This document shows positions 29,896 through 42,584 of a stretch of 64,000 nt of DNA, piece after piece; position 1 is the first letter of the stretch; each line of letters opens with the position of its first letter. Origin of the DNA: Phycisphaerae bacterium. Its GTDB lineage: Bacteria > Planctomycetota > Phycisphaerae > UBA1845. The notes under the pieces are model-generated. The model was not told the origin of the DNA. It did no database searches and saw only the letters and a list, made by a program, of their open reading frames with translations. The stretch covers positions 192,001 to 256,000 of the forward strand of contig CAXXGO010000006.1 in the NCBI GenBank assembly GCA_963666835.2, written 5' to 3'. A program made the position numbers and the translations under genes.

Positions 29896-30555
29896 GTGGT
29901 TGAGCGTCCAAACGCAGGGAACGAAGCCGCCGCCGGACAGGCGGTACGTCCGATACCTTTGGAGGATCTGGAGCTCGTTGAAAGGGTAAAATCCGGTGAT
30001 GCGGCCGCCTACGCCGATCTCGTGCGTAAGTACCAAGATCGCGTGTTCAACACGTGCTGGCGAATCTGCGGCAATCTCGAAAGTGCTCGGGATCTGACGC
30101 AGGATGCGTTTCTCCGAGGGTTCGAGAACATCTCGTCCTTTCGCCAGCAGAGCGGGTTCTACACCTGGATCTTCCGCGTGGCAGTCAACCTCGCGCTGTC
30201 ACAGAGGCGAAGAGACTCCCGGCGACGTACGGTCTCGCTTGATCAGGCGGCCGACGCCAGCGGCACTCAGGCGGCGGAGCTGGCGCAACGTGTCGAAGAG
30301 CGCGGCGGAAACGACCCCAGCGCCCCGGCGAAAGCAGCGGAATTGCGGGCACGGGTTGTGCGAGCGCTGGGGGGGTTGGACCAAGATCAAAGAGCGGTAG
30401 TCGTTCTCAGGGACTTAGAGGGCATGAACTACAACGAGATCGGGCAGATATTGGATATTCCACCGGGCACAGTGCGTTCCCGACTGCACCGGGCGCGGGC
30501 GGCGCTGCGAGAAGCGCTGGGCCCCACTCAATCCCGGGAGACGTCGAACGGTTAA
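29896..30555 (+). CDS. ECF sigma-70 factor
   Basis: DLTQDAFL, FYTWIFRVAVN, YNEIG.IL.IP.GTVRSRLHRAR. Start uncertain (GTG at 29839 or 29896). Confidence 0.93.
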   Translation: MVERPNAGNEAAAGQAVRPIPLEDLELVERVKSGDAAAYADLVRKYQDRVFNTCWRICGNLESARDLTQDAFLRGFENISSFRQQSGFYTWIFRVAVNLALSQRRRDSRRRTVSLDQAADASGTQAAELAQRVEERGGNDPSAPAKAAELRARVVRALGGLDQDQRAVVVLRDLEGMNYNEIGQILDIPPGTVRSRLHRARAALREALGPTQSRETSNG

Positions 30556-30560
30556 GAGCT

Positions 30561-32294
30561 ATGGCTAACGTCGACCCTGAACAACTTGCCGAGCTGATCT
30601 CAGCTTACCTGGACGGGGAGTTGAACGCTTCGGAAACGGAGTTGGTCGAGCGCGCTTTGCGCGATGATCCCGCAGCCCGGCAGCTTATGGAAGAGCTGCG
30701 CCGGACCGTCGAACTGGTCTCGGACCTCCCGCGACATGCGGCGCCACCTTCCATTCTCGAAGATGTCTGCGCCCAGGTGGAACGGGCCGAGTTATTGGGG
30801 GATTTTGATGCGCCAATAGCCACTCCCGGCGGCAGACGCACGCCGGTAGTCGCCTGGCTGTCTATGGCCGCCGCCGTCGCAATCGTGGCCTTCGGTACGG
30901 TCTGGTACGCCCGCGAGCAGTGGAGTGCGGACGGGGACATGAGCGGCAGTGGGGTGGTGGCGCTCGTGCCGACTGTGGACGATATCGCTAGAGACCGTGA
31001 CGACGAAACGACGGCCCGCCGGCAAACCGGTGACAAACGATCTGAACAGGATGCAGAGGAAAAAACGGCCCACGTACCGTTCGTTGTAGCGGACAAAGAC
31101 CTCGAAAAGTCTAAGGCGGCTTCGCCGAAGAAACGTACCGCCAGGCGGGCGAAGGAGGAGAGTGTTGGAGAAGGTCCGTCGAAGGGACCGCAACCCAGTT
31201 TGGGGCCGGTTTACGCTAAGAGCGAAACGCCGGCGCCCGACTTGGCAACCATCGCAAAGACCGACATACCCGTACCAATCCGTCCCCGAGCCAGCGCCTA
31301 CTTCTACGCCAACGCCACCATTGACCAGAAGATTTCAACGACGAGCGTAGGCGAGCTGCGCCGCCACACATTCGACAATGAGCCCGTCCAACTGCGCATA
31401 ACGGTTCCTACCGCGGCCCGGCGCGATTGGGCGACCGGGAGGCTCCTGGCCACGCTCGCGAAGAACGAGGCCGTAGACCTCGCTACCGGTGAGAGTAACC
31501 GGCCGGCCGCGGGTTTGGCCGACGCCGGGTTCTTCTTCCACGGCAGTCCCGGGGTCAACTTCGAAGCGACCGACGACAGCCGGGTTCTCGTACGTGTTCC
31601 GCCGGAGACCCTCGGGGCCGTGCTCGAGGAGATTGACCGGACCCCGGAGCGTCGCGTGGCGCTGACGTCCGGACCGGCTACCGTGCGCGGATTGCGGCGT
31701 ATTCGCCAGACCCTGGGTATGGAGAAGGGCTCCGCGCCGGCGGACGAGGCCCTGGCCGAGCGAAGCTCGTTAAAGCGTGCGTACGACCTGGAGGGCGCGG
31801 GTCTGTTTGATGGCCTGTTCGGATTGGTGGAGCTGGACCCCGATCTCCTGACCCCGCTGGCACCTACAACCGGCGAAGTCGCCGAGCCGACCACGGATTC
31901 GGAGCCGCTGGTGGGCCCGCCGGCTCCCGGCAGGGAAGAGCCCGCCGCTGAGATGGGCTCAACAGTTGAGGTTTTCGAGACCCCAACCGTGGCCCGTGTT
32001 GACAGAAGTAGTGAAGATGAGACCAACGCCAAAGGAGCCGACGCCGCAGAGCAGCAGGAGCATCGTTCGCTGGTCCGGCGGCGGCTTGAAGCTGTGGAGA
32101 ACCAGCGGCAGGCCTCAGCCGCCCGCGAGCGCCGGTGGGCGGCGACCCCGGATGAGCCCCTCGACCGGGAATCGTCTCAACGGCCCGTGACGCTGGTCAT
32201 CTGCCTGGAGGTCGCAAAACCGGCGTCGCCGAAGCCGGCCCCCAAGGACCAACCGAAACCACGCCCCGGATCTGAATCGTCTCCCGCACAGTAG
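30561..32294 (+). CDS. Transmembrane anti-sigma factor
   Basis: LISAYLDGEL N-terminal anti-sigma domain without Zn ligands, one TM helix, large extracytoplasmic region; follows the ECF gene. Confidence 0.8.
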   Translation: MANVDPEQLAELISAYLDGELNASETELVERALRDDPAARQLMEELRRTVELVSDLPRHAAPPSILEDVCAQVERAELLGDFDAPIATPGGRRTPVVAWLSMAAAVAIVAFGTVWYAREQWSADGDMSGSGVVALVPTVDDIARDRDDETTARRQTGDKRSEQDAEEKTAHVPFVVADKDLEKSKAASPKKRTARRAKEESVGEGPSKGPQPSLGPVYAKSETPAPDLATIAKTDIPVPIRPRASAYFYANATIDQKISTTSVGELRRHTFDNEPVQLRITVPTAARRDWATGRLLATLAKNEAVDLATGESNRPAAGLADAGFFFHGSPGVNFEATDDSRVLVRVPPETLGAVLEEIDRTPERRVALTSGPATVRGLRRIRQTLGMEKGSAPADEALAERSSLKRAYDLEGAGLFDGLFGLVELDPDLLTPLAPTTGEVAEPTTDSEPLVGPPAPGREEPAAEMGSTVEVFETPTVARVDRSSEDETNAKGADAAEQQEHRSLVRRRLEAVENQRQASAARERRWAATPDEPLDRESSQRPVTLVICLEVAKPASPKPAPKDQPKPRPGSESSPAQ

Positions 32295-32324
32295 GGACCG
32301 CACCCGTAACGCAGGCATCATGCC

Positions 32325-32840
32325 TGCAGAACCCCCCTGTAACGCAGGCATGATGCCTGCAGAACGCTGCACAACGTGCAGCTCAAAAAACGCGAGCCGC
32401 CACGGGCCAACAAGTTGGCCCATGCCACCCATTTGTCACTTCCCGTAGGGCAGGTCGAGGTACGAGACCTGCCATACTAGCTGCTGCGCCGCTTCGTTTG
32501 CCCTGGGCTTTGCTGTTAAACGCCTTCGGCCTATGTTCACAAGACCCACATCGCGCGGAGACCGCGGCAGGTCTCGTACCTCGACCGTACCCTACCGCCG
32601 CCTACGCCGCCCTGTGCATGCCGCCGGCGCTCTCCGGCATTCCGGAGAACCCGCCGGCGTGCGTGAACATCATCGGCTCCCCCGGGTCCGAGCCATCCTA
32701 CTCCCACGACCCTCAACAATCCGGATCACATCCCAAGCCTAAGAGGACCCGGGCCACCCAAGCCGCCACGGGCTAACAGGTTGGCCCATGACACCCATTT
32801 GTCACTTCCCGTAGGGCAGGTCGAGGTACGAGACCTGCCG
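32325..32840. repeat. REP cluster
   Basis: Two GTAACGCAGGCATNATGCCTGC hairpins (also at 57578), three family 1 REPs, and a ~60-bp direct repeat at 32411 and 32777. Confidence 0.8.
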
Positions 32841-32956
32841 CAACGGCGCGCCTCAAGCAAAAACTGCGTGGCCATTCGAGTCCCCCGCCTCTAAAGAGGC
32901 GGGCCACCCCACCAAACCCATGAATCCCCCACCTGCGCCCCGGGTCAAACGCCGCG

Positions 32957-34096
32957 TCAATCCAACCAGAGCTTCTTGTTCTTCAAGCGCGACGGCACGT
33001 ACTCGCCGGTAAGATACTCGAGGTCTTTGCTGATCATGGCCTCGACTTCCATCTTGAAGCCGTTGGAGATCATCTTCTTGATCTCGCGTTGCCAGGGGCG
33101 TTTATTCTTGAACCACGGGTAGTTGGCGATTTGCTTGGCGCGCTTGACGTCCCCGGCGTCCAGCTCGATCTTCACGTCGTCGCTCATCTCGCAGCGGTCG
33201 TAATCGAAACTCGACACGCCGATGAAGTGCGCGTCGGGCACGGCCATGCGCCGCGATTCGTAGGCGAGGTTGATCGATCCGTGTTTGATAACCGAGTAGA
33301 TGTAATACCCCCACGGATCGTTATCCAGCAGAACGAAGACCGGCAGCTTCAGCTCTTCATGCATGCGCCGCAGGAGCCGCCGCATGCCCCGAGCCGGCTG
33401 ACCGCCGCCGTGCGAGATGATGCAGTTATGCGTCTCCCAGAACCGGTCCTCGTGGAACCGCCGCCATACGGTGTCTTTTTCGACGTGCAGGATGAACTTC
33501 GCCTGGCACTTTTTGAACTGGATGACGTCGGACTCGACAATACTCGGCACCGCATAGCCCGCACTGCCCATCGCCGCACAATCCAACGTGTTACCCGCGT
33601 CGACCAGCGTAATCGGTCCGGCCAAGTTGCCCCGGTTGCTGGCGAAGACGTGCAACTCTTCCCGCAATGAGTCGATGGCAACCTCTAAATCCTCGATCAC
33701 CGGGTCGGATTCGCTCTGGTCGTCGAAGGTCTTTTCGTTCGTGCCTTTGATAGTGTGTTTGCTGAGATAGTAGATCTGCCGGATGCTGGCCGTCTTGTCT
33801 CGCGCGATCAGCTCCTTGCACTTGGAAGCAACCAGCATAGTCTGCATGAACCGTTTAGCTTGACCATAGTTGAAGAGATTACGCGATTGCTTGTTGGCTC
33901 CGAGTTCTACATGGCGGGTGTCTTCGTTATAGGCAACGTTGCTCAAAGCCCGGACGGGGATCTGAATGGCCGGATCCTCTTCGCGCCGGGCCATATCCAC
34001 TACCGCCTGCGCAAGCCCTTCGATACTCTTCCGCGCGTCGCCGCGGCTTTTGGTACTGGTCTTACGCGTTTGGGGCTTCGTCTTCTTCGTAACCAT
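32957..34096 (-). CDS. top6A: DNA topoisomerase VI subunit A
   Basis: SIRQIYY (catalytic Tyr), FDDQSESD..IEDLE, VEKD, GQP, DNDPWG Toprim motif, EVEAM. Confidence 0.95.
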   Translation of the reverse strand: MVTKKTKPQTRKTSTKSRGDARKSIEGLAQAVVDMARREEDPAIQIPVRALSNVAYNEDTRHVELGANKQSRNLFNYGQAKRFMQTMLVASKCKELIARDKTASIRQIYYLSKHTIKGTNEKTFDDQSESDPVIEDLEVAIDSLREELHVFASNRGNLAGPITLVDAGNTLDCAAMGSAGYAVPSIVESDVIQFKKCQAKFILHVEKDTVWRRFHEDRFWETHNCIISHGGGQPARGMRRLLRRMHEELKLPVFVLLDNDPWGYYIYSVIKHGSINLAYESRRMAVPDAHFIGVSSFDYDRCEMSDDVKIELDAGDVKRAKQIANYPWFKNKRPWQREIKKMISNGFKMEVEAMISKDLEYLTGEYVPSRLKNKKLWLD

Positions 34097-34290
34097 GATG
34101 ACTTTCTCTGTTGCCGTCCCCCACGGCTAAAGGGGGCGTCGGTTTAATCGATTTCGCGAGATTTAGATGGTTGGCTCGGAGCCAGAACATAGGTTGTCAT
34201 TCTTGACAGCCAACTCGTGCGCTCGATTTCGAATAAACCGACAGGCCCTAAAGCCGTGGGCCACCCAACTGGTGGGGAATTCGAACCACG

Positions 34291-36234
34291 CTAGCGCTTC
34301 CGTTTCTTCTTACCCGGCTTGGCGCGGGTTGCTCTTTTGACAGCGGTACGGGTCGCCGGATCCGGGAACAGGGTCTCCTGCTCCACCGTGGCGTCGTTGC
34401 CGTTGTTCTCCTCTACCACCACCGTGTCGGCCAGCCCGAGATCGTTGCCAACCGCGCGTTTCTTCACGATCTTGCCGTGATCGTCGAACTCCAGATCGGC
34501 TTGAGCCGTGAAGGTCTTGGCCAGCGACAACAGCGACCGCCGGAAGTCCTCCTTGTTCACTACCACCGTGTTCCGCACCGCCTCTACAACCTCGTCGATA
34601 TAGCGGGTGTACACATCACGTCGCTTGCTGAACGTGGCTTTCTTACGCTTGCGGCGCAGGAGCATACCCAGCCGCCGCCCGCACTCCGCCAATGCCAGCC
34701 GGACCTCCTTGCGAATCTCGTCGTAATCTGCGACGGCCTCCTTGCCTTCCGACACGAAGGGGACCCACACGCTGGCCATGTGGATCAGCACCACCATCGG
34801 CGCCCGCGGCAGCGATCCGGACGACTGCGACAAGTTGTAGTTGTTCCATTTCGTCTCGACGATCGCCTTGAACATTGAGCACGAACTCTGCTGATAGAGC
34901 AGCGGCACCCGGTTTGCAAAGCGGATTACTCGAACCGACGCCGGCTCGCCCTTGCCCCTGGCGTCACCGTCGCCATCGCGATGGTCTGAGCCGAGCTGAC
35001 CGCCGTAGGCCAGCCCGACCTCGATTTGAAACGGATTCCCGCGATAAACGCTCGGCGGGCGGGTACTGGCCGTGTAGAACTCCGCCTTCACCCCTTTGAG
35101 CAGCCCCGCAAGGATAGCCTCCGCTCCGATCGGCGCCAGGCAATTCGTGGCTGGTGCCTTGAGCTTCGTGTTTTGCAGGGCGTTGTACAGTTTCTCGGCC
35201 ACCGGCGGCGTCACGGAGTTGACCCAAGTTGCTGTGGTCACCCCGGCCTCCGCGCACACTTTCTTCGCTATAGCCGCGCTGACTCTGGAGAACTCACTGG
35301 CCAGAAAGTGCCCCATCTTCGTAGCGGACGTATCCTTTAGCATCTTCATCAGCGTACCGAGTTCGATGCCGTACGGATGCGGTTTGATCTCTTTCGTCTC
35401 GTCCGGCAGGACCTCGGTGCCGCGCGAGTACTCAATGCTTGCGCCGACCGGCGGATGGTAGACGAATCGGGCGTGCGGGTTCGCGATGGCGGTCAGTTCG
35501 AGGTACTCATCAACGCTCTGTCGCCCGCGGTTGTAGCTGGCCTCGATCTCGAGCTTCACTTCGGTACCGTGAGGCCAGTCCACTTCTGCGGTGTCGTCGC
35601 TGATGATGTCCGGCCGGTTCTTCTTCGTATCGATTGCCAAGGTATATCGGTGGGCGAGCGCCCGCGGGCCTGTCCGGCTCACAATTCGGATAGGCTTACC
35701 GGTGGTAATCAAGCCGTACATGCCAGCCGCGCTGATCCCGATGCCTTGCTGTCCGCGCGACATCTTGAGCCGGTGGAACTTCGAGCCATACAACAGCTTT
35801 CCGAAAACGTTGGGAATCTGCTGTTTCACGATCCCGGGCCCGTTGTCCCGGACGATTACCGCAAAACGATCTTGATCGGTCTGTTTAACGGTTACTTCAA
35901 TATCCGGCGGGATGGCCGCGTCTTCGCAGGCGTCGAGGCTATTATCGACGGCCTCTTTGACGGTGGTCAGCAGAGCCTTGCGTTTGCTATCGAACCCGAG
36001 AAGGTGCCGGTTCTTGGCGAAGAACTCTGAGACGGAAATCTCACGTTGTTGTTTGGCGAGCGTTTCAGCCGTTGCCCCGCGGTTCGCTCGCGCCGGCTTC
36101 GGCGGAGCGGACGGTCGCGGGGGGCTCACTTGTTGTGTTTCCGGTGCGCTGTTCATCTGCGTTGCCTGGGGAAACGCCAGAGTAAGTTGCCCGGCCGATG
36201 CGGGCGCTAATCCGGCAGGCGGGTGGTTAGCCAT
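34291..36234 (-). CDS. top6B: DNA topoisomerase VI subunit B
   Basis: SVSEFFAKN, KEAVDNSLDACE, DNGPG, SRGQQGIGIS, PHP.G, RFANRVPL. Start uncertain (36234 or 36156). Confidence 0.95.
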   Translation of the reverse strand: MANHPPAGLAPASAGQLTLAFPQATQMNSAPETQQVSPPRPSAPPKPARANRGATAETLAKQQREISVSEFFAKNRHLLGFDSKRKALLTTVKEAVDNSLDACEDAAIPPDIEVTVKQTDQDRFAVIVRDNGPGIVKQQIPNVFGKLLYGSKFHRLKMSRGQQGIGISAAGMYGLITTGKPIRIVSRTGPRALAHRYTLAIDTKKNRPDIISDDTAEVDWPHGTEVKLEIEASYNRGRQSVDEYLELTAIANPHARFVYHPPVGASIEYSRGTEVLPDETKEIKPHPYGIELGTLMKMLKDTSATKMGHFLASEFSRVSAAIAKKVCAEAGVTTATWVNSVTPPVAEKLYNALQNTKLKAPATNCLAPIGAEAILAGLLKGVKAEFYTASTRPPSVYRGNPFQIEVGLAYGGQLGSDHRDGDGDARGKGEPASVRVIRFANRVPLLYQQSSCSMFKAIVETKWNNYNLSQSSGSLPRAPMVVLIHMASVWVPFVSEGKEAVADYDEIRKEVRLALAECGRRLGMLLRRKRKKATFSKRRDVYTRYIDEVVEAVRNTVVVNKEDFRRSLLSLAKTFTAQADLEFDDHGKIVKKRAVGNDLGLADTVVVEENNGNDATVEQETLFPDPATRTAVKRATRAKPGKKKRKR

Positions 36235-36505
36235 CCATGGCCCTCCAACTCGACACGATCCCACTCCCTTTGGGTCGTTATCATATCCCGCGCTGACCTG
36301 CGTGCAACAGGATTCCGGCAGTGACTGTTGCTCGATTCCCTCTGGCGTCGGCCGCTCAAACAGGTAGAATAGAGCATTGGCTGCCGGGCATTGTCCGGGC
36401 ATCCAATCTGTTGTGTAGCCAGTAGTTACGATCTTCGCGGTCGCGGGCTGCCTTGCTGAAACGAACGGTGGCTGCGCGCACATCGCGCAACCAGATGCGA
36501 TCTTC

Positions 36506-37822
36506 ATGAGTACGGTACCCGCAACACTCTGGGAAGACATGCTTGGCCAGGTAAGGCTGAGCCACCCGCCCCTCATTCGCGGCTGGTTCACCGAGCTTTC
36601 GCTGGTGAGCGTCGATCACGGCGTAATCGAGATCAAGACGCGCAACCATGCTCAATCGCGATACTTAGAACAACACTGCCAGCAGGCCTTCGCCGAAGCC
36701 GCCCAAGCGGCCACCGGGCGACTTGTGTCTGTGGCCTTCCTGACCGACACCGACGGCGATGAGCCGACGGACGGAGGCAGCTCATTCGACGGTGCCGATG
36801 AGGAGCTACGGCTGAATCCGGAGTATCTCTTCGATCACTTCGTAACCGGCCCGTGCAATCGGCTGGCGCACGCGGCGGCCGTCGCCGTGGCGGAGGATCC
36901 CGGGCGAGCTTACAACCCGCTCTTCGTCTACGGTCCGGTGGGCTTAGGCAAAACGCACTTGCTCCAGGCCATCTGCCACGCCATTCAGGACCGCGAGCCC
37001 CGCGCCAAGAGCCTTTACATCTCTTGCGAGACGTTTATCAACCACTTCATTGAAGCGGTAGAGCGGGGTGCTCTCCACCGATTGCGGTACCGATACCGGC
37101 ACGTCGACGCGTTGGTCATCGACGACATCCAGTTTCTTGCGGAGCGAGAGAGAAGCCAGGAAGAGTTCTTCCACACCTTCAACGCTCTGTATCAATCGCA
37201 ACGTCAGATCATCCTTTCGGCAGATTGCTCGCCGTCGGAGATCCCGAGCCTCGAAGAGCGGCTGGTTAGCCGATTCAACTCCGGGCTGGTCGCCCTGCTC
37301 GACCGGCCGTGCCTCGAAACGCGCATGGCCATCGTTCGCAAAAAAGCCAAACTGCGCTGCATCGAGGTACCCGAAGAAGTCATTCGCCTTATCGCCAGCC
37401 GCGTCGCAACGAACATTCGCGAGCTGGAGGGATCGTTGATTAAGGTCGACGCCCTCAGCCAGACGCGGGATGGGAAGATCACCATCGAGGTCGCTCACGA
37501 GGCGTTAGGGACGGAGCCTGGCCGCCCGATCCCCATCCCTCCGATCTTGGAAGCGGTGGCGCGCAAATTCAACGTTCGCGTCTCGGAGCTGCAGAGCAAG
37601 AAACGCTCCAAGACGGTCACTCAGCCGCGCCACGTGTGCATGTACCTCGCCCGGCAATTGACCGGACAGAGTCTCGAGCAGATCGGCGGGTACTTCGGTG
37701 GCCGGGACCATACAACCGTACTCCACGCCGCCCGGGCGATGACGCAGCAGATCGAGGACGATCCGAAGCTCAAGGCTCTGGTAGAGGAGATCATCACGGA
37801 GGTGAAGAATGCGACTTACTAG
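36506..37822 (+). CDS. dnaA: Chromosomal replication initiator DnaA
   Basis: YNPLFVYGPVGLGKTHL, DDIQF, QEEFFHTFN, RLVSRF, NIRELEG, GGRDHTTVLHA. Confidence 0.97.
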   Translation: MSTVPATLWEDMLGQVRLSHPPLIRGWFTELSLVSVDHGVIEIKTRNHAQSRYLEQHCQQAFAEAAQAATGRLVSVAFLTDTDGDEPTDGGSSFDGADEELRLNPEYLFDHFVTGPCNRLAHAAAVAVAEDPGRAYNPLFVYGPVGLGKTHLLQAICHAIQDREPRAKSLYISCETFINHFIEAVERGALHRLRYRYRHVDALVIDDIQFLAERERSQEEFFHTFNALYQSQRQIILSADCSPSEIPSLEERLVSRFNSGLVALLDRPCLETRMAIVRKKAKLRCIEVPEEVIRLIASRVATNIRELEGSLIKVDALSQTRDGKITIEVAHEALGTEPGRPIPIPPILEAVARKFNVRVSELQSKKRSKTVTQPRHVCMYLARQLTGQSLEQIGGYFGGRDHTTVLHAARAMTQQIEDDPKLKALVEEIITEVKNATY

Positions 37823-38100
37823 TACTGGTAAGGCCGTTAGATTCTCTGTCAGAATCCGCCGAACCGGCTTGCCAACACTGGTAACCGCTCCGCCCCCGTG
37901 CGTTCCAACAGGTGAACTCACAGCGATGCCCACAACCGATTCACAGACCGGTGGCGATGTTGAGGATTCCAGGCTACGGTGGACAAGGAACTTGCGCCTA
38001 AGGCTCGCCGCACAAGGCACGCTTTTCACGGGCTCTAATATGACTACTATATCCAAATAGGTAATATCAATACTAGAACCCCCCGGCAGACACACGAGAG
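37823..38100. promoter_or_regulatory. Putative replication origin (oriC)
   Basis: dnaA-dnaN intergenic region with degenerate DnaA boxes (TTGCCAACA, ATGCCCACA, GATTCACA, GTGGACAA, CTTTTCACG), followed by GGCTC-TAA-TAT-GAC-TAC-TAT trios and an AT-rich tract. Confidence 0.75.
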
Positions 38101-38113
38101 AATGCGAGGTCCC

Positions 38114-39217
38114 ATGAAGCTGCGATTTGATCGACATGAGATGGCCGATGCCCTTCGGGCGATATGCAGCGTAGCCGCTATCCGTACCCCCAAGCCGGTC
38201 TTACGATGTGTGCGGATCGAGGCTCAATCGGATGTACTGCTGCTATCGGGTACGGATCTCGAAGTAGGCTTGCGGTGCGCGGTGGCGCGAGTGGAGGTCG
38301 ACGAACCGGGCGACGTACTCGTGGTGGCCGACACGCTGTCGCGGATCGTTAGCGAATGTACGGAAGAGACTCTTAACCTGGAGACAGACGAGCGTACTCT
38401 GCACGTGCGCGGTGAAGGCAGCCACTTCCAAATCGTAACGCAGGAGACCGCAGAGTTCCCCACTGTTCCGACGTTGGATGACGCTGCCGATTTCACCATG
38501 GAATACGGAGTGCTGACGCGTTTGATCGACTGGACCATCTTTGCAGCGGCACGAGAGAGCACGCGGTATGCGATAAACGGGGTGTTCTGGGAGGCTGAGG
38601 GCGAGCGGCTGACCCTGGCGGCGACGGATGGGCGGCGCTTGTCGATGGCTCGTGGGGAGATTCAGGCCGGAAGCGGGTCGATCCCTCGCGCAATTGTTCC
38701 CGGAAAAGCGTTGGCGCTCCTGGGCCGGCTGGCGAGTGAGGCGGATGCCCAGGCTGGGGTGAAGATCAGTAGCAATCAGCTTCTGATCAGGGTCGGGCGG
38801 GCCGTGTTGAGCACCTCGCTCGTCGAGGGTAACTTCCCGAAGTACCAAGACGTCATTCCGGGGGATTGTGATCGCATCGTCGAGTTGGCTACGACGGGTT
38901 TTCTCAGTGCCCTTAAGCGCGCGGCTCTGCTGACGAATGAGGAATCCAAGGGGGTCCGCGTTGCGTTGACGGAGGGCGATCTGACCTTGTCGAGCCGGGC
39001 GCCGGAGCAAGGGGAGGCCACGGTCTCCATGCCGGTCAGCTACAGCGGTGAGCCGGTCGAGATAGGTTTTAATCCGGTGTTTCTGACCGACGTTCTCCGG
39101 GTGGCTCATTCGGACACGGTTACGTTGGCGTTGCGGGCGGCGGACAGGCCGGGAGTGATCCGGATCGGTGATAACTTCGTCTACGTGGTCATGCCGGTGA
39201 ATTTGGCGTCGGCTTAA
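38114..39217 (+). CDS. dnaN: DNA polymerase III beta sliding clamp
   Basis: GTDLE, RYAING, ATDGRRL, EGNFPKY..VIP, IGFNP, YVVMPV. Confidence 0.97.
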   Translation: MKLRFDRHEMADALRAICSVAAIRTPKPVLRCVRIEAQSDVLLLSGTDLEVGLRCAVARVEVDEPGDVLVVADTLSRIVSECTEETLNLETDERTLHVRGEGSHFQIVTQETAEFPTVPTLDDAADFTMEYGVLTRLIDWTIFAAARESTRYAINGVFWEAEGERLTLAATDGRRLSMARGEIQAGSGSIPRAIVPGKALALLGRLASEADAQAGVKISSNQLLIRVGRAVLSTSLVEGNFPKYQDVIPGDCDRIVELATTGFLSALKRAALLTNEESKGVRVALTEGDLTLSSRAPEQGEATVSMPVSYSGEPVEIGFNPVFLTDVLRVAHSDTVTLALRAADRPGVIRIGDNFVYVVMPVNLASA

Positions 39218-39232
39218 GAGTTACCACTTCTG

Positions 39233-39586
39233 ATGGTTGAGCGCGATCAGTTGAAGTGGGTTCAGGCGAACCGGGCAGAGAAGAGCCGGGCTTGTGCGGC
39301 CGGGGATCTGGTCAAGCGCGTGGCTGAGCAGGTGCTGCAGGGGGCGTACGGCGCCGCGGAGGACGCGGCCGGGCGGCTGAGCGAGATTGTGGATGACGAA
39401 TTCCGCGAGCACTGCCGGGTGGTTGAGTGCCGGGGCGGCGTCTTACGCATCAACGTGGATGAACCGGCTTGGGGCTACGTGATGCGGCAACGCTGGTCGA
39501 GCAGAATCCGCCAAGTATTGGGCTACCGGGTGAAGAACGTCCTGTTTGAGTATGGGGACACGGGGGTGCGGATACCCAACCGTTAG
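39233..39586 (+). CDS. dciA: DUF721/DciA-family protein
   Basis: Position between dnaN and gyrB; GVLRINVDEPAW pattern. Confidence 0.7.
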   Translation: MVERDQLKWVQANRAEKSRACAAGDLVKRVAEQVLQGAYGAAEDAAGRLSEIVDDEFREHCRVVECRGGVLRINVDEPAWGYVMRQRWSSRIRQVLGYRVKNVLFEYGDTGVRIPNR

Positions 39587-39624
39587 GGCGGGTGTCGGAC
39601 GAGCTGTCGGAAAACGGCGATTGA

Positions 39625-42228
<2,604 letters not shown>

Positions 42229-42344
42229 TCACCCGGGGGCGGTCTTGAAATGCCGTCGTCCAGTACGCCCCGGCCAGATGACAGCCCGTTGCCCCATGAC
42301 ACCCGAGTGTCGTCACTTGTAGGGCAGCATCGAGGCACGAGACC

Positions 42345-42486
42345 TGGAAAGCACCGGAATAAACCGGCATGGAGTAGCGGATGAAAGAGCCGTACAGGAA
42401 AGGGCTAAGGTAGGAGCTGTATGACGTAATTCTCCACGTACGGATCTGTGCGGGGGGTGGCCCGAAAGGGCCATTCCTACCGCGAC
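42345..42486 (+). mobile_element. Internally deleted group II intron remnant (5' domain I fragment joined to D5/D6)
   Basis: GAGCTGTATGACGTAATTCTCCACGTACGGATC (D5-like) then TGTGCGGGGGGTGGCCCGAAAGGGCCATTCCTACCGCGAC (D6-like, AC end). No RT ORF. Confidence 0.7.
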
Positions 42487-42584
42487 CCGCGAAGACGCAT
42501 GTCGCGCGAAAACCACGGCAGGTCTCGTGCCTCGACCGTGCCCTACAGGCGCCGTCGCTGCCCTACGTTTGCCGCCGGGGCTCG

